DNA from: an uncultured Nitrosomonas sp. | GTDB taxonomy: Bacteria; Pseudomonadota; Gammaproteobacteria; Burkholderiales; Nitrosomonadaceae | Length of the DNA: 56,938 bases | Reading direction: 5' to 3' | Assembly: GCA_964421895.1 (NCBI GenBank) | Contig: CAYQZF010000001.1 | Location: 1-56,938, forward strand | Part shown: positions 21,314-31,365 of the stretch, one piece after another | How the letters are laid out: every line of letters begins with the position of its first letter | Position numbering within the stretch: the stretch's first letter is position 1 | Position numbers and translations under genes: made by a program | Notes under the pieces: generated by a model | The model's input: the letters and a program-made list of their open reading frames with translations, nothing else | The model's database searches: none | Told to the model about the DNA's origin: nothing

Positions 21314-21328
21314 GTAAAAATTTATCTG

Positions 21329-22336
21329 TTAGATAAATTCTCGGGCCTGTAATTTTTCACTATTCAAGATTCGCATCAACTTCTCGGCATACATCGGATC
21401 AGTAGCATATCCAGCGCGCTGCAGACCATTGGCAAATGTCGCGGCATCGGTCGATTTCAAAACTTTCGCGTAACGGGGATTATCCATCAGCAGCTTGGCA
21501 TAATCATTAAATCCCTCGGCATAGGAACTATAAGCACGGAATTTCTCAACGGTCTTTTGTGCCACGCCATTGATATACTCGGTTGTTGATGCCTCTACTA
21601 CATCTCCCTTCCAGTTAGCGCCAGCTTTAATACCAAAAAGATTATAAGCAGGCCTATTATCTGCATGACGAATCTCATGCTTACCCCAGCCACTCTCCAG
21701 AGCGGCCTGCGCCAGCATATATTGAGGGGGAATACCGGTTGATTCGGATGCAATTTTTGCATGTGGCAACAGCTTATCGATAAAACTCGCCGATTGATCA
21801 AATGATTTCTTTTTCCGAATATCTAATTGACCAGGAACAGAAAATTCATCACTTACCTGACTAATTTTCCCCGCCGGTATTACTGCACTGAATGAAGTCT
21901 GAGGAATTGACCACAATTGCCTGGATCTGTCATTAGGATGTCCATCGCTTACCGGCAATGATTGCTGCACAGAATTGATTGCAGACAAAATAGCATCGGT
22001 TCGGCTAATTGCGGTTTGCGGTTCAACCGATTGATTGGCTCGAGATAACTGTTTTACCATCATGTCAGCAATACCAATTCCGTTGGTGGAAATCTGCTGC
22101 GCCAGCTGCTGGTCGTGCATTTGTGTATAAAATTGCGTCTGCTGGCTATCAAATATTCCATCTTTAGGCGTGGCTTCCCGCATACTTTTCAGTAGCATAT
22201 TCATGAACAGTGCTTCAAATTGCTGCGCTACTTTTTGTAGAGCTTCGTCTGGATTTTGTTTGGCCATTAAATTCAAGTCATCGATACTCTTGACATCAAT
22301 GGCAAGCTTGCTTGAAACATCTGCTGAAATAACCAT
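21329..22336 (-). CDS. flgJ: Flagellar rod assembly protein/peptidoglycan hydrolase FlgJ
   Basis: VAQQFEALF..MLLKSMR rod-binding domain; AQAALESGWG, NLFGIKA, YATDP muramidase domain. Confidence 0.95.
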   Translation of the reverse strand: MVISADVSSKLAIDVKSIDDLNLMAKQNPDEALQKVAQQFEALFMNMLLKSMREATPKDGIFDSQQTQFYTQMHDQQLAQQISTNGIGIADMMVKQLSRANQSVEPQTAISRTDAILSAINSVQQSLPVSDGHPNDRSRQLWSIPQTSFSAVIPAGKISQVSDEFSVPGQLDIRKKKSFDQSASFIDKLLPHAKIASESTGIPPQYMLAQAALESGWGKHEIRHADNRPAYNLFGIKAGANWKGDVVEASTTEYINGVAQKTVEKFRAYSSYAEGFNDYAKLLMDNPRYAKVLKSTDAATFANGLQRAGYATDPMYAEKLMRILNSEKLQAREFI

Positions 22337-22352
22337 TCTTATATCCTATCGA

Positions 22353-23462
22353 TTAAATTATTTCCAAATCGGCACGCAACGAACCGGCTGCTTTTAAAGC
22401 TTGCAGGATAGACAACAGGTCCTGAGTCGTGGCGCCAATTGCTGTCAACGCTTTAACAACTTCACCGAGATCCGCGCCATTCGGCAACAACATTAAATTA
22501 CCTTCATCGGTGCGAATTTCGACCTGCGATCGCTGCGTAACAACGGTTTCTCCTCGTTGCGCCAAGGGACCGGGTTGACTGATCACGGGTTCGGTATTGA
22601 TGATAATGGATAGATTGCCATGCGCCACCGCACTTGATTCAAGCGTTACCGCCTGATTCATAACTACTGAGCCGGTACGTGAATTAACAATTACTTTTGC
22701 CGGTGCTTTAGCCGGTGCAATATCCAAACTCTCTATTTGGGAAATAAACAAGATGCGCTGGCTATTGTCCGCAGGGGCTTTTACCTGAACCATCCGGCCA
22801 TCCACTGCTGATGCGGCCGCCGGATAAAGTCTATTAATCGCATCCACGATACGGTTTACCGTTGTGAAATCTGTTGAATTCAATTCAAGATTGACAAAAT
22901 CACCTTGCCCAACCGTCGTGGGAATCTCGCGCTCCACAATTCCTCCTCCCGTGATGCGTCCGACATTAAGATGATTCACTTGCACGCTGCTGCCGCCGGC
23001 TGCAGCGCCGATGCCGCCAACCAAAATATTCCCCTGCGCCATTGCGTACACTTGATTATCCGATCCCTTGAGAGGTGTCAACAAAAGTGTTCCGCCACGC
23101 AAACTCTTGGCGTTACCCATAGATGAAACTGTGATATCGATATGATGGCCCGGCTTTGCAAACGCCGGCAGGGTCGCCGTAACCATCACAGCGGCAACAT
23201 TACGTAATTGCAAGTTAATGCCAGGCGGCAGATTAACACCTAATTGACCCAGCATATTAATAATACTCTGAACGGTAAATGGCGTTTGCGTGGTCATATC
23301 GCCACTGCCATCCAACCCGACCACCAATCCGTACCCGATTAATTGATTATTGCGAACGCCTTGAATCGATGCCAAATCCTTGATGCGATCAGCGAAGCTG
23401 ATACCCGGCAAGAAAAAACTTAATACAAGAAAAGAAAAAATAATGACGTTTCTTTTTTTCAT
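22353..23462 (-). CDS. flgI: Flagellar P-ring protein
   Basis: RIKDL...GVRNNQLIGYGLVVGLDGSGD; LQALKAAGSLRADLEII. Start is 23462 or 23489. Confidence 0.95.
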   Translation of the reverse strand: MKKRNVIIFSFLVLSFFLPGISFADRIKDLASIQGVRNNQLIGYGLVVGLDGSGDMTTQTPFTVQSIINMLGQLGVNLPPGINLQLRNVAAVMVTATLPAFAKPGHHIDITVSSMGNAKSLRGGTLLLTPLKGSDNQVYAMAQGNILVGGIGAAAGGSSVQVNHLNVGRITGGGIVEREIPTTVGQGDFVNLELNSTDFTTVNRIVDAINRLYPAAASAVDGRMVQVKAPADNSQRILFISQIESLDIAPAKAPAKVIVNSRTGSVVMNQAVTLESSAVAHGNLSIIINTEPVISQPGPLAQRGETVVTQRSQVEIRTDEGNLMLLPNGADLGEVVKALTAIGATTQDLLSILQALKAAGSLRADLEII

Positions 23463-23512
23463 AATCTTAAATGTCAATTGTTGAAGCATTGATTCATCCT
23501 GAAATCGGCGGA

Positions 23513-24256
23513 TTAAAAAGGCGATATCGACAGGAAAAAGCGCGATAACCAGCCCATCGTCTGCGCTTCGTCAATATATCCGTTGCTGCGGTATTCGACG
23601 CGCGCATCAGCAATCTGCGTTGAAGAAATCGTATTTCCCAGAATATGAACCGGATTCACAACCCCAGATAGCCTTATAAATTCTTGTCCCTGATTAATTC
23701 CGATTTGTTTCTCGCCGCTGACAACAAGATTTCCATTTGGCAGCGCTTCGATCACTGTTACCGTAATAGTTCCTTTAAAATTATTTTTGCTTGAACTTTC
23801 ACCACTGCCATCAAATTTGTTATTGGATTTAGCCTCAGCCGATGCATTCTTTAACAGGCTTAACGGGATTCCTAAAAAGTTCGGCACGGAAAATTCGATG
23901 CTCCCGGAACGGCTTGCATTAGTTCCCGAACTCTTACTGGCATTGGTTGTTTCATTTAGCGTAACGATAATCGTATCGCCGATACTTCTTGCCCGGCGGT
24001 CTTCGAATAATGGTGTATATCGAACCCCGCCTGTTGTGCTATGCACCGTTTGCAGAATGGAGCCGTTAGGTTGACTCACAGCCGCCGCATGCTGCGGTGC
24101 GCGGAGCGTATTTGGCTGGTGAGTCACGGTCGATGGCGTTAGTGCACAACCGGATGCAAGCGCGGCTAGCACCAGTATAAAAAAATACCGGTAGAAATTT
24201 TTTATTATCAGATTGCCGCTAACCATTACCCGATTTCCAATCATCCCGTTAATCAA
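23513..24256 (-). CDS. flgH: Flagellar L-ring lipoprotein
   Basis: Lipobox [35 protein letters not shown]. The true start may be further downstream. Confidence 0.93.
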   Translation of the reverse strand: MINGMIGNRVMVSGNLIIKNFYRYFFILVLAALASGCALTPSTVTHQPNTLRAPQHAAAVSQPNGSILQTVHSTTGGVRYTPLFEDRRARSIGDTIIVTLNETTNASKSSGTNASRSGSIEFSVPNFLGIPLSLLKNASAEAKSNNKFDGSGESSSKNNFKGTITVTVIEALPNGNLVVSGEKQIGINQGQEFIRLSGVVNPVHILGNTISSTQIADARVEYRSNGYIDEAQTMGWLSRFFLSISPF

Positions 24257-25035
24257 AGTTGCGCCAGCCGTTGCAGCATTTGATCAGAAGTTTCAATGGA
24301 TTTGGAATTCATCTCATAAGCGCGCTGGGTTTGAATCATATTCACCAACTCTTCCACCACATTGACATTTGAGGTTTCTACAAAACCTTGTTCCAAGGGG
24401 CCTAATCCATTGGTACCTGGCGCATTTTGATTTGGCGCTCCGCTTGACGCAGTTTCCTGATACAGATTCTCACCCATCTTCATTAATCCGGCCGGGTTTA
24501 TAAAGCTCGCCAATTGAATACTGCCAATTTGAATCGGTGCGGTGGATCCCGGAATCGTTGCGGAAACTGTTCCATCCCGGCCTATCGTAATACTCTGTGT
24601 ATTAGGTGGAACGGTAATTGCGGGTTGGACAGCGTATCCGCTGGATGTCACAAGCTGTCCATTTAGATCAGACTGGAATGCTCCATCGCGAGTGTAGGCT
24701 GTCGTACCATCCGGCAGCAAAACTTGAAAAAAACCTACGCCACGGATGGCAACATCACGCGAATTTTCGGTTTGCTGCAATCCGCCCTGAGTAAAGATGC
24801 TCTCAGTGGAAACCGGCTTAACTCCAGTGCCCAATTGCAATCCTGAAGGTAATTGCGTTTGCTGGGAAGATTGCGCACCGGGCTGACGTACAGTTTGGTA
24901 CAACAAATCCTCGAAAACAGCGCGAGAGCGCTTAAATCCGTTAGTGCTGACGTTCGCTAAGTTATTTGAAATGACATCCATCTTGGTTTGTTGCGCATCA
25001 AGTCCTGTTTTAGCAATCCATAGTGAACGTACCAT
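24253..25035 (-). CDS. flgG: Flagellar basal-body distal rod protein
   Basis: [37 protein letters not shown]; 260 aa. Confidence 0.97.
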   Translation of the reverse strand: MVRSLWIAKTGLDAQQTKMDVISNNLANVSTNGFKRSRAVFEDLLYQTVRQPGAQSSQQTQLPSGLQLGTGVKPVSTESIFTQGGLQQTENSRDVAIRGVGFFQVLLPDGTTAYTRDGAFQSDLNGQLVTSSGYAVQPAITVPPNTQSITIGRDGTVSATIPGSTAPIQIGSIQLASFINPAGLMKMGENLYQETASSGAPNQNAPGTNGLGPLEQGFVETSNVNVVEELVNMIQTQRAYEMNSKSIETSDQMLQRLAQL

Positions 25036-25065
25036 GATAATTTACCTATTAAATTTGTTATTGAA

Positions 25066-25809
25066 TCAAACCCTTACCATCATTATTTCACTGGCCTTCT
25101 GCGCATTATTCTGGGCGCTATCAAGCATTTTCATTTGCATATCAAATTGCCGCGCCAGATTGATCATGCTGACCATTTCATGCACAACATTTACATTGCT
25201 CTCTTCCAATGTGCCAGCGACCAGCTTGACTTTGGCATCAACAGGCGCTTCGCCGCCATCTTTAAGCCGGAATAAACCATCGGTGCCTTTTACAAGCTTA
25301 TCTTCCGGTGGATTGACCAACTTTATTCGACCCACTTGCGCCACGGTATTCGGTTGCGGCGTAATCGGTACCGAAGATACGGTTCCATCGACACCAATTG
25401 TGATACGAGTGTCAGGTGGTACAGTGATAATGCCCGTATCACCTTTGACTTTATAACCATTGTTGGTCTGCAAAATACCGTTTGGACTTACTTGCAGACT
25501 GCCATTCCTGGTATAAGCTTCCTTGCCGTCATCCAGTTGAATCGCAATCCATCCTGAGCCCCGAACCGCAATATCTAGATCGCGGCCGGTCGTCTGCAAC
25601 GCACCTGGGGTAAAATCGGCGCCTGTCGTGGAATCAACCACGAAGGCGCGCGTTGGCAGACCATCACCGAATACCGGAACCGCGCGAAATGCATTACTCT
25701 CAGCGCGATACCCCGTTGTCGATGCATTGGCAAGATTCTGAGCAACGGTCGCTTTCTGATTCAGCGTATGGTTTGCTCCGGTCATTGAAGTGTAAATTAG
25801 TCGATCCAT
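25066..25809 (-). CDS. flgF: Flagellar basal-body rod protein
   Basis: MDRLIYTSMTGA, NLANASTTGYRA, LEESNVN. Confidence 0.95.
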   Translation of the reverse strand: MDRLIYTSMTGANHTLNQKATVAQNLANASTTGYRAESNAFRAVPVFGDGLPTRAFVVDSTTGADFTPGALQTTGRDLDIAVRGSGWIAIQLDDGKEAYTRNGSLQVSPNGILQTNNGYKVKGDTGIITVPPDTRITIGVDGTVSSVPITPQPNTVAQVGRIKLVNPPEDKLVKGTDGLFRLKDGGEAPVDAKVKLVAGTLEESNVNVVHEMVSMINLARQFDMQMKMLDSAQNNAQKASEIMMVRV

Positions 25810-25847
25810 ATTCCTAATTCATAAAATTAAAACTTTTTGATGAAAAA

Positions 25848-27125
25848 CTATATCCGAGCAATCGTTTGTATCATTTCATTTTGCGCTTCTATTTCTTTGG
25901 AGTTAGCTTGATACATACGCTGCGCTTGAATCATCTTCACTAATTCCGCAGTCAAATCCACATTTGATTCTTCGATAGCGTTAGATTGAAGCGCACCCAA
26001 AGTTCCAGTTTTGGGAGTACCGATTAGTGGTGCTCCTGAAGAAAGCGTTTCAGTCCAATGACCATTTCCAATCGGCGCCAAACCCTGGGGATTAACAAAG
26101 TTAGCCAGTGCGATTTGGCCGAGTGTTTTCGTTTGTTCATTGCTATAAATTCCAAATATTTTGCCTTCAGCGTCTATACTAAAACCCGTCATGCGACCAG
26201 AGGTATAGCCGTCTTGTGTAATGCTATTAACGCTTGACTTAGAACCATATTGAGTAGCCGTCGTCATATCGAGACTGACATTCTGAGGTGTGGTTGCTCC
26301 AAAAGTTGGATCGATTGCACTAAAATCTATGTTCATACTCAATGGAGCCGCAGTTGCAGAGGCAATAGTCTGCAATGTTCCATTTCCATCAAACACGACA
26401 GACTGTGAAGGACTTCCATTCAAGGTAACGCCAACCGGCATTCCAGAAGTATCTATTTTCCCGTCAACCGTCCCAAAGACCGTCCAAGTATTCGCAGCAG
26501 TAGTGGATTTCTGAAAAAATATTGAGAGAACATGCGAAGCGCCTAGACTATCAACCACTGAACCCGAGGTAGACCAAGAGTAGGTCTTTGGATCTGCCGC
26601 ATTAAAAGGCGCAGAAATTCCGGGTGCTGTCGCTTCTAAGTTAATGCCCAGGTCAACTTTTGTCGTGGTTTTTGGAGAGATATCCGAAGTAGCAAACTTC
26701 AAATTTTCCGGTGCGCCACTAGCACTAACAACGCCTTTCGCATCCGCCATAAAACCTGTCAAATTGGCGCCCGATGTATCTACAATATAACCAGATTTAT
26801 CAATGTGAAATTGACCATTCCTGCTGTAGTTTATCGTGCCATTATCACTGAGACGGTAAAAGCCTTGACCGGCAATAGCAATATCTAAAGGATTATTAGT
26901 CTGCGTAATACCCCCTTGACCAAATTGCTGCGCAATTGACGATACTTTTGCTCCTATCCCAACCTGTGTACTGGCGGTAGCCGCCATTGAGTTTGCAAAA
27001 ATGTCGGTAAATTGCGCGACAGATTGTTTGAATCCTACGGTATTTGCGTTGGCAACATTATTTCCAATCACATCCAGATTGGTTGATGCTACATTTAATC
27101 CACTTAAGCTTTGTTGAAAACTCAT
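25848..27125 (-). CDS. flgE: Flagellar hook protein
   Basis: MSFQQSLSGL, GNNVANANTVGFK, EESNVDLTAELV..I.AQR.YQANS. Confidence 0.95.
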   Translation of the reverse strand: MSFQQSLSGLNVASTNLDVIGNNVANANTVGFKQSVAQFTDIFANSMAATASTQVGIGAKVSSIAQQFGQGGITQTNNPLDIAIAGQGFYRLSDNGTINYSRNGQFHIDKSGYIVDTSGANLTGFMADAKGVVSASGAPENLKFATSDISPKTTTKVDLGINLEATAPGISAPFNAADPKTYSWSTSGSVVDSLGASHVLSIFFQKSTTAANTWTVFGTVDGKIDTSGMPVGVTLNGSPSQSVVFDGNGTLQTIASATAAPLSMNIDFSAIDPTFGATTPQNVSLDMTTATQYGSKSSVNSITQDGYTSGRMTGFSIDAEGKIFGIYSNEQTKTLGQIALANFVNPQGLAPIGNGHWTETLSSGAPLIGTPKTGTLGALQSNAIEESNVDLTAELVKMIQAQRMYQANSKEIEAQNEMIQTIARI

Positions 27126-27137
27126 GAAAATTACCCC

Positions 27138-27830
27138 TTAAAACAACTGTTTAACATCCGACAAACCAATTAATCCCAATTTATCGCCCATATCCAGGTG
27201 TGTATCACCCGCATTAGGTGTCACACTTTTTACCACCCCAAATGAAAGCGTATCGACCTTGACGTCGTTACCCCCTTGTTTTGCACTTACTGCAAAGGTG
27301 TAATCTCCGTCAACCGCCTTGGTGCCACTATCGGTTAAACCATCCCAAGGAATCGTACTGATGCCAGTCGGCTGCGCACCCAAATCCATTGTGCGAATAG
27401 CGACTCCCGCACCATCCAAAATAGTAACTTTGAGCTGATCAACTGGTTGCGCCAGTTCGATACCAGCAATAGCGCCATCTCCATTCAATGTTATCGCTGA
27501 TCCAGGAACAAATGCCTTGTGTCCGATTAATCCCATTGCTTCTACAGAGCGAGTATCTTCAGCACTGGAAACCAACTGCTGGAGTGTTGAATTCAGCTTA
27601 TCAAGACCGGTTACCGTAGTGATTTGCGCCAACTGACTGGTCACTTCGGCATTGTCCAGCGGTTTTAACGGATCTTGATTTTTCATTTGAGTGACTAACA
27701 GCTTCAGGAAACGATCTTGCGGATTTTCAGCATCTTTTTTACTGGTAGTACCGGCAGTTGCGGTTGAAGCGGTTGAAGCCGTTGAAGCAGCAGTTGTTGC
27801 GGTATTGATTTGCGAAATTGAACTCATCAT
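27138..27830 (-). CDS. flgD: Flagellar hook capping protein
   Basis: FLKLLVTQMKNQDPLKP, SQLAQI, WDG. Confidence 0.95.
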   Translation of the reverse strand: MMSSISQINTATTAASTASTASTATAGTTSKKDAENPQDRFLKLLVTQMKNQDPLKPLDNAEVTSQLAQITTVTGLDKLNSTLQQLVSSAEDTRSVEAMGLIGHKAFVPGSAITLNGDGAIAGIELAQPVDQLKVTILDGAGVAIRTMDLGAQPTGISTIPWDGLTDSGTKAVDGDYTFAVSAKQGGNDVKVDTLSFGVVKSVTPNAGDTHLDMGDKLGLIGLSDVKQLF

Positions 27831-27838
27831 TTACTCCC

Positions 27839-28243
27839 TTATTGACCAATCGTCAGTGTTTTTTGCAACAATGACTTGGTAGTGTTCATCATATCTACAC
27901 TATTTTGATACGAACGAGATGCCGACATCATATTGACCATTTCATCGACAACATTGACATTAGGCATTGTCACATAACCGTTTTTATCCGCCAGAGGATG
28001 CTTAGGTTCGAATACTTGCCGCATTGGTGATGGATCGTGAACGATACCCGCAACCTTAACGCCGCTTGCGCCGCTCGCATCTGCTTGCAAAGTACTAAAA
28101 ACAACTTGCCTGCCCCGATAGGGCTCACCAGTTGAACTGGTTACACTATCAGCGTTTGAGAGATTACTAGCCACCACATTCAAACGCTGCGACTGAGCCG
28201 ACATAGCGGAACTTGCGATACCAAATACATTGAATAATGACAT
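27839..28243 (-). CDS. flgC: Flagellar basal-body rod protein
   Basis: AQSQRLNVVASNLSNA, HPLAD..GYV.MPNVN. Confidence 0.96.
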   Translation of the reverse strand: MSLFNVFGIASSAMSAQSQRLNVVASNLSNADSVTSSTGEPYRGRQVVFSTLQADASGASGVKVAGIVHDPSPMRQVFEPKHPLADKNGYVTMPNVNVVDEMVNMMSASRSYQNSVDMMNTTKSLLQKTLTIGQ

Positions 28244-28246
28244 TTT

Positions 28247-28657
28247 CTATCTCTCCAACATTGCTGACGTTAAGTTTCTGAATTCATTATTAATGAACGT
28301 AATGCTTGCATCATATTTAATAGCGTTATCAGCAAACCGGGTTCGCTCCATATCCATATCTACAGTGTTACCATCCGCACTGGGTTGCAACGGAACACGG
28401 TATAAAATGTTGTCTCCAAAAACTCCGGATGCAGCAGAATTAATGTGCATTTCCGATGTCGTATTCATGTTTACTTTTTTTAAGCTGGGAGTTGATGACA
28501 ATTTTTCGTTCAGCACAGCAGCAAAGTCGATATCTTTAGCTTTAAAATTCGGTGTATCGGCATTGGCCACATTGCTGGAAAGCAGTTCTTGCCTTGCAAC
28601 CCTCAAACTTAGTGCGTTATGGTGATAATTTAATTCTTTATCGAGTTTATTAATCAT
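28247..28657 (-). CDS. flgB: Flagellar basal-body rod protein
   Basis: NVANADTPNFKAKDIDF, DGNTVDMD. Confidence 0.96.
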   Translation of the reverse strand: MINKLDKELNYHHNALSLRVARQELLSSNVANADTPNFKAKDIDFAAVLNEKLSSTPSLKKVNMNTTSEMHINSAASGVFGDNILYRVPLQPSADGNTVDMDMERTRFADNAIKYDASITFINNEFRNLTSAMLER

Positions 28658-28698
28658 CTTCTCTCCCGCCTAATTCAAATAAGTGTCTATTCAACTAT

Positions 28699-28716
28699 TA
28701 GCATTTAGCATGCCAG
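28699..28716 (-). promoter_or_regulatory. Candidate sigma-54 (-24/-12) promoter for the flgB operon
   Basis: Minus strand reads CTGGCATGCTAAATGCTA, with exact GG-N10-GC spacing, about 40 bp upstream of the flgB ATG. Confidence 0.5.
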
Positions 28717-28871
28717 CAATAATATATGCATCAACTAATCGACTAATCCGCAAATAAAACATGAAAGCGGCGCTATCTTTGAGCTTGGATTTTTTTGCAG
28801 TCGTTTAATATAACGTCACGATATAGCGGCAATAATTGCCGGATACGGCAAAAAATGAGGGATTAGAAACC

Positions 28872-29582
28872 ATGATACGTTGCTTAACGGCAATCCTCTG
28901 TCTGCTAGTGCTTGATTTTCCAGCACTTGCATCTCAGCAAAAAACTTCCATTGACCATCAGGAAATCTCAGCGATTAAAAATGCCATAGAGAACTTTATC
29001 TACAGCAATACGGCATCGCTCCCAGGACAGGTCATTGTGAATGTGGGTCAAATCGACAAACACTTGGCGCTACCAAAGTGTCCGCAATTGGAGCCTTTTG
29101 TTCCAGCAGGCGGGCGTTTATGGGGAAAAACGTCAATTGGCGTGCGTTGTGATAGCGAAATTGCAGCCTGGACCATTTATGTTCAAACTGAAATTAGCAT
29201 CATGGCGGATGTATTGCACCTTGCTCGACCAATTTCATCAGGGCAAACGCTAACTTATGAGGATATTGCACCGCAAAGTGTCAATTTGACACAAATGCCT
29301 GAGGGAATACTGACAAATGCCTCACAAATTGTCGGTAAAGTCGCTGCCTCCAACCTCCCAGCCGGACAGCCTCTGCGGCCGCAAATGTTGCGAGCGCCTT
29401 ATGTAATCGTACGAGGACAGACGGTGAACCTGGTTGTCCAAGGCCGCGGATTCAGCATCCGGTCTGAAGGCCAGGCACTGATCAATGCAACCGAAGGTCA
29501 AGTCATACAGGTACGTAATAAATCTGGACGAATTCTCAATGGGCTTGCGCGCATCAATTCCATTGTAGAAATTCAGCCCTAG
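28872..29582 (+). CDS. flgA: Flagellar P-ring formation chaperone
   Basis: Signal peptide, Cys pair, SAF-like domain, GRGFSIRSEGQAL..VRNKSG; divergent from flgB. Confidence 0.9.
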   Translation: MIRCLTAILCLLVLDFPALASQQKTSIDHQEISAIKNAIENFIYSNTASLPGQVIVNVGQIDKHLALPKCPQLEPFVPAGGRLWGKTSIGVRCDSEIAAWTIYVQTEISIMADVLHLARPISSGQTLTYEDIAPQSVNLTQMPEGILTNASQIVGKVAASNLPAGQPLRPQMLRAPYVIVRGQTVNLVVQGRGFSIRSEGQALINATEGQVIQVRNKSGRILNGLARINSIVEIQP

Positions 29583-29680
29583 CTTTTTACCGCAATTGCA
29601 TAATCCCGCGATCGATACTCATGATCGGATTTATAATAAGCAATTATCCTAACGCTCGTAAAAACAGACAGCTTCTTATT

Positions 29681-29962
29681 GTGCCAAGCATAGACCTTAT
29701 CACTGAAATAAAAAAAATTCTGTCGGATACCCTGGGATTAGGGGATCGGTTGGATGGAATGGGACCGGATATGATTTTACTCGGCAATGTTCCTGAACTT
29801 GATTCCGTTGCAGTTATCACCGTCATTCTAGCAATAGAAAAAAAATTCTCTATCGCAATAAAAGATGACGAAATCAGCGCACAAACCTTTGCCACACTGG
29901 GTACAGTGGTTGATTTTGTAAAAAATAAAATAGCTGCGAGTAAAAAAAATCAATGTGAATGA
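29681..29962 (+). CDS. Acyl carrier protein (LLG.PELDS type)
   Basis: LLGNVPELDSVAVITVILAIEKKFSIAIKDDEISAQTFATLG with the phosphopantetheine DS serine. Probable GTG start at 29681. Confidence 0.8.
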   Translation: MPSIDLITEIKKILSDTLGLGDRLDGMGPDMILLGNVPELDSVAVITVILAIEKKFSIAIKDDEISAQTFATLGTVVDFVKNKIAASKKNQCE

Positions 29963-30083
29963 TCGTAAAAAAAGAATCTTGACTTTCGCGTAAAATTAAC
30001 TTTAAAAGTGATAGACATTGTATTTTGATTTGAATCATGCATAATCGTTGACAGCTAATCAATCAACATCAGGAAACACATCA

Positions 30084-30452
30084 TTGAAGCTTCATCCCGC
30101 AAATTTTGCACATCAAAATATTTTCACTGGTTATGGTGAAGGCTATGTGCTAATCAATCAAATCCGCTATGAAGCGAATCTGATTGTGCTGCCAGATCAC
30201 CTAATTGAAGATTGGCCTATCGGATCGGTACAGGAATTGGAGCTTCAACATTTCGAAAACTTATTTTTGCATTCACCTGAGATTATTCTTCTTGGAACCG
30301 GTGCAGAGCATAAATTTCCTAATCATACTTTACTGAGTCAGTTAGCAAAAATGAGGGTTGGAATAGAAATAATGGATACAAAAGCCTGTTGCCGCACTTA
30401 TAATATATTGGTTGAAGAAGGCCGTCGTGTTGCCGCAGCTGTTTTGATTTAG
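30084..30452 (+). CDS. Mth938-like domain protein (DUF498)
   Basis: PEIILLGTG, GIEIMDT..ACRTYNIL..EGRRVAAA; AGGA RBS before the TTG at 30084. Confidence 0.88.
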   Translation: MKLHPANFAHQNIFTGYGEGYVLINQIRYEANLIVLPDHLIEDWPIGSVQELELQHFENLFLHSPEIILLGTGAEHKFPNHTLLSQLAKMRVGIEIMDTKACCRTYNILVEEGRRVAAAVLI

Positions 30453-30656
30453 TACTATTAGAAATTGAAAGAAGATTTTATTTAAATCCACTGAATTCTT
30501 GCTGGATCAGTTACACGTGACACGTTAGCTCGACTCTTCAATCTGCCACACTTTAAAAAGAAATGGCCTGACAGTTATGATTGTGATAAATTCATGGTTG
30601 GTAAGTCAGGTATATTAAAATTGGTTTCCTTCATAACATTATTATAGGAGTAAAAA

Positions 30657-30884
30657 ATGAGCAAATATCTTATCGCTGCACTCGGTTTAGTTTTTTTGAT
30701 GGGCTCTTCTGTAACTATGGCTAGTGGCAACAAAGAATCTAAAATGCCCCCGATGGCCGCACAAGACATACTGAACAAATTGTCATGTGAAGGTAAAAAA
30801 GACGGCGAAAAAATTAGAGATCGCACCGACGGGGAGATGATTACTTGTCCAGCAAAAATAAAACAACCTAATTTTGGTAAATAA
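30657..30884 (+). CDS. Small exported protein with two cysteines
   Basis: AGGAG RBS, Sec-type signal peptide, CEGKKDGE...ITC. Confidence 0.7.
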   Translation: MSKYLIAALGLVFLMGSSVTMASGNKESKMPPMAAQDILNKLSCEGKKDGEKIRDRTDGEMITCPAKIKQPNFGK

Positions 30885-30912
30885 TAATCAATCGGTCAAT
30901 ATATGATCGGCG

Positions 30913-31010
30913 AATAGGTCAAGCTAAATACCCGAGTTTTTCTCAGCTGCGTCTCAAATACAAAAATTGGATAGGGATTGGATATCTTGCAGCTGTTAGC
31001 TTGATCTATT
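30913..31010. repeat. Long imperfect inverted repeat / predicted structured RNA element
   Basis: AATAGGTCAAGCTAA pairs with TTAGCTTGATCTATT (14/15, the exception being a G-U pair); inner CAGCTGC/GCAGCTG stem; followed by a T-run. Confidence 0.5.
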
Positions 31011-31365
31011 TTTCCAGCATTTGAAGAATTCACTTGTTTTACTACATTCACCTACAGCATATAGCCTTAAGTAACACAATTGATAGAAAAGAAATCACGC
31101 CCTGCAATTGCTCATCAACTCGAATTAAGTGATTTACAATCAGAATGATAGGATCAATTTCCTAACATTTTTTCTTGTTAAGAAATCTTAGCCTTTTACA
31201 AATAAAGATTCTTTTACAATTTTCTATAAAAATCCCAATAAAGTTATAGTAAAATTAGAAAATTAAACATATAAAAACTCTAAATTGACATTATCCTCAC
31301 TCATAAAAATACTGGTATGAATCCATAAGAACCTGTAATTTTTGTCAATCGGAGAGTAAGAAAGA

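Noticed and set aside
27760-27786. Three 9-bp tandem repeats in flgD
   Set aside because: Encodes an ordinary low-complexity Thr/Ala/Ser N-terminal linker and is in frame.
31130-31220. Three TTTACA hexamers upstream of pbpG
   Set aside because: Irregular spacing in very AT-rich DNA; compatible with chance.
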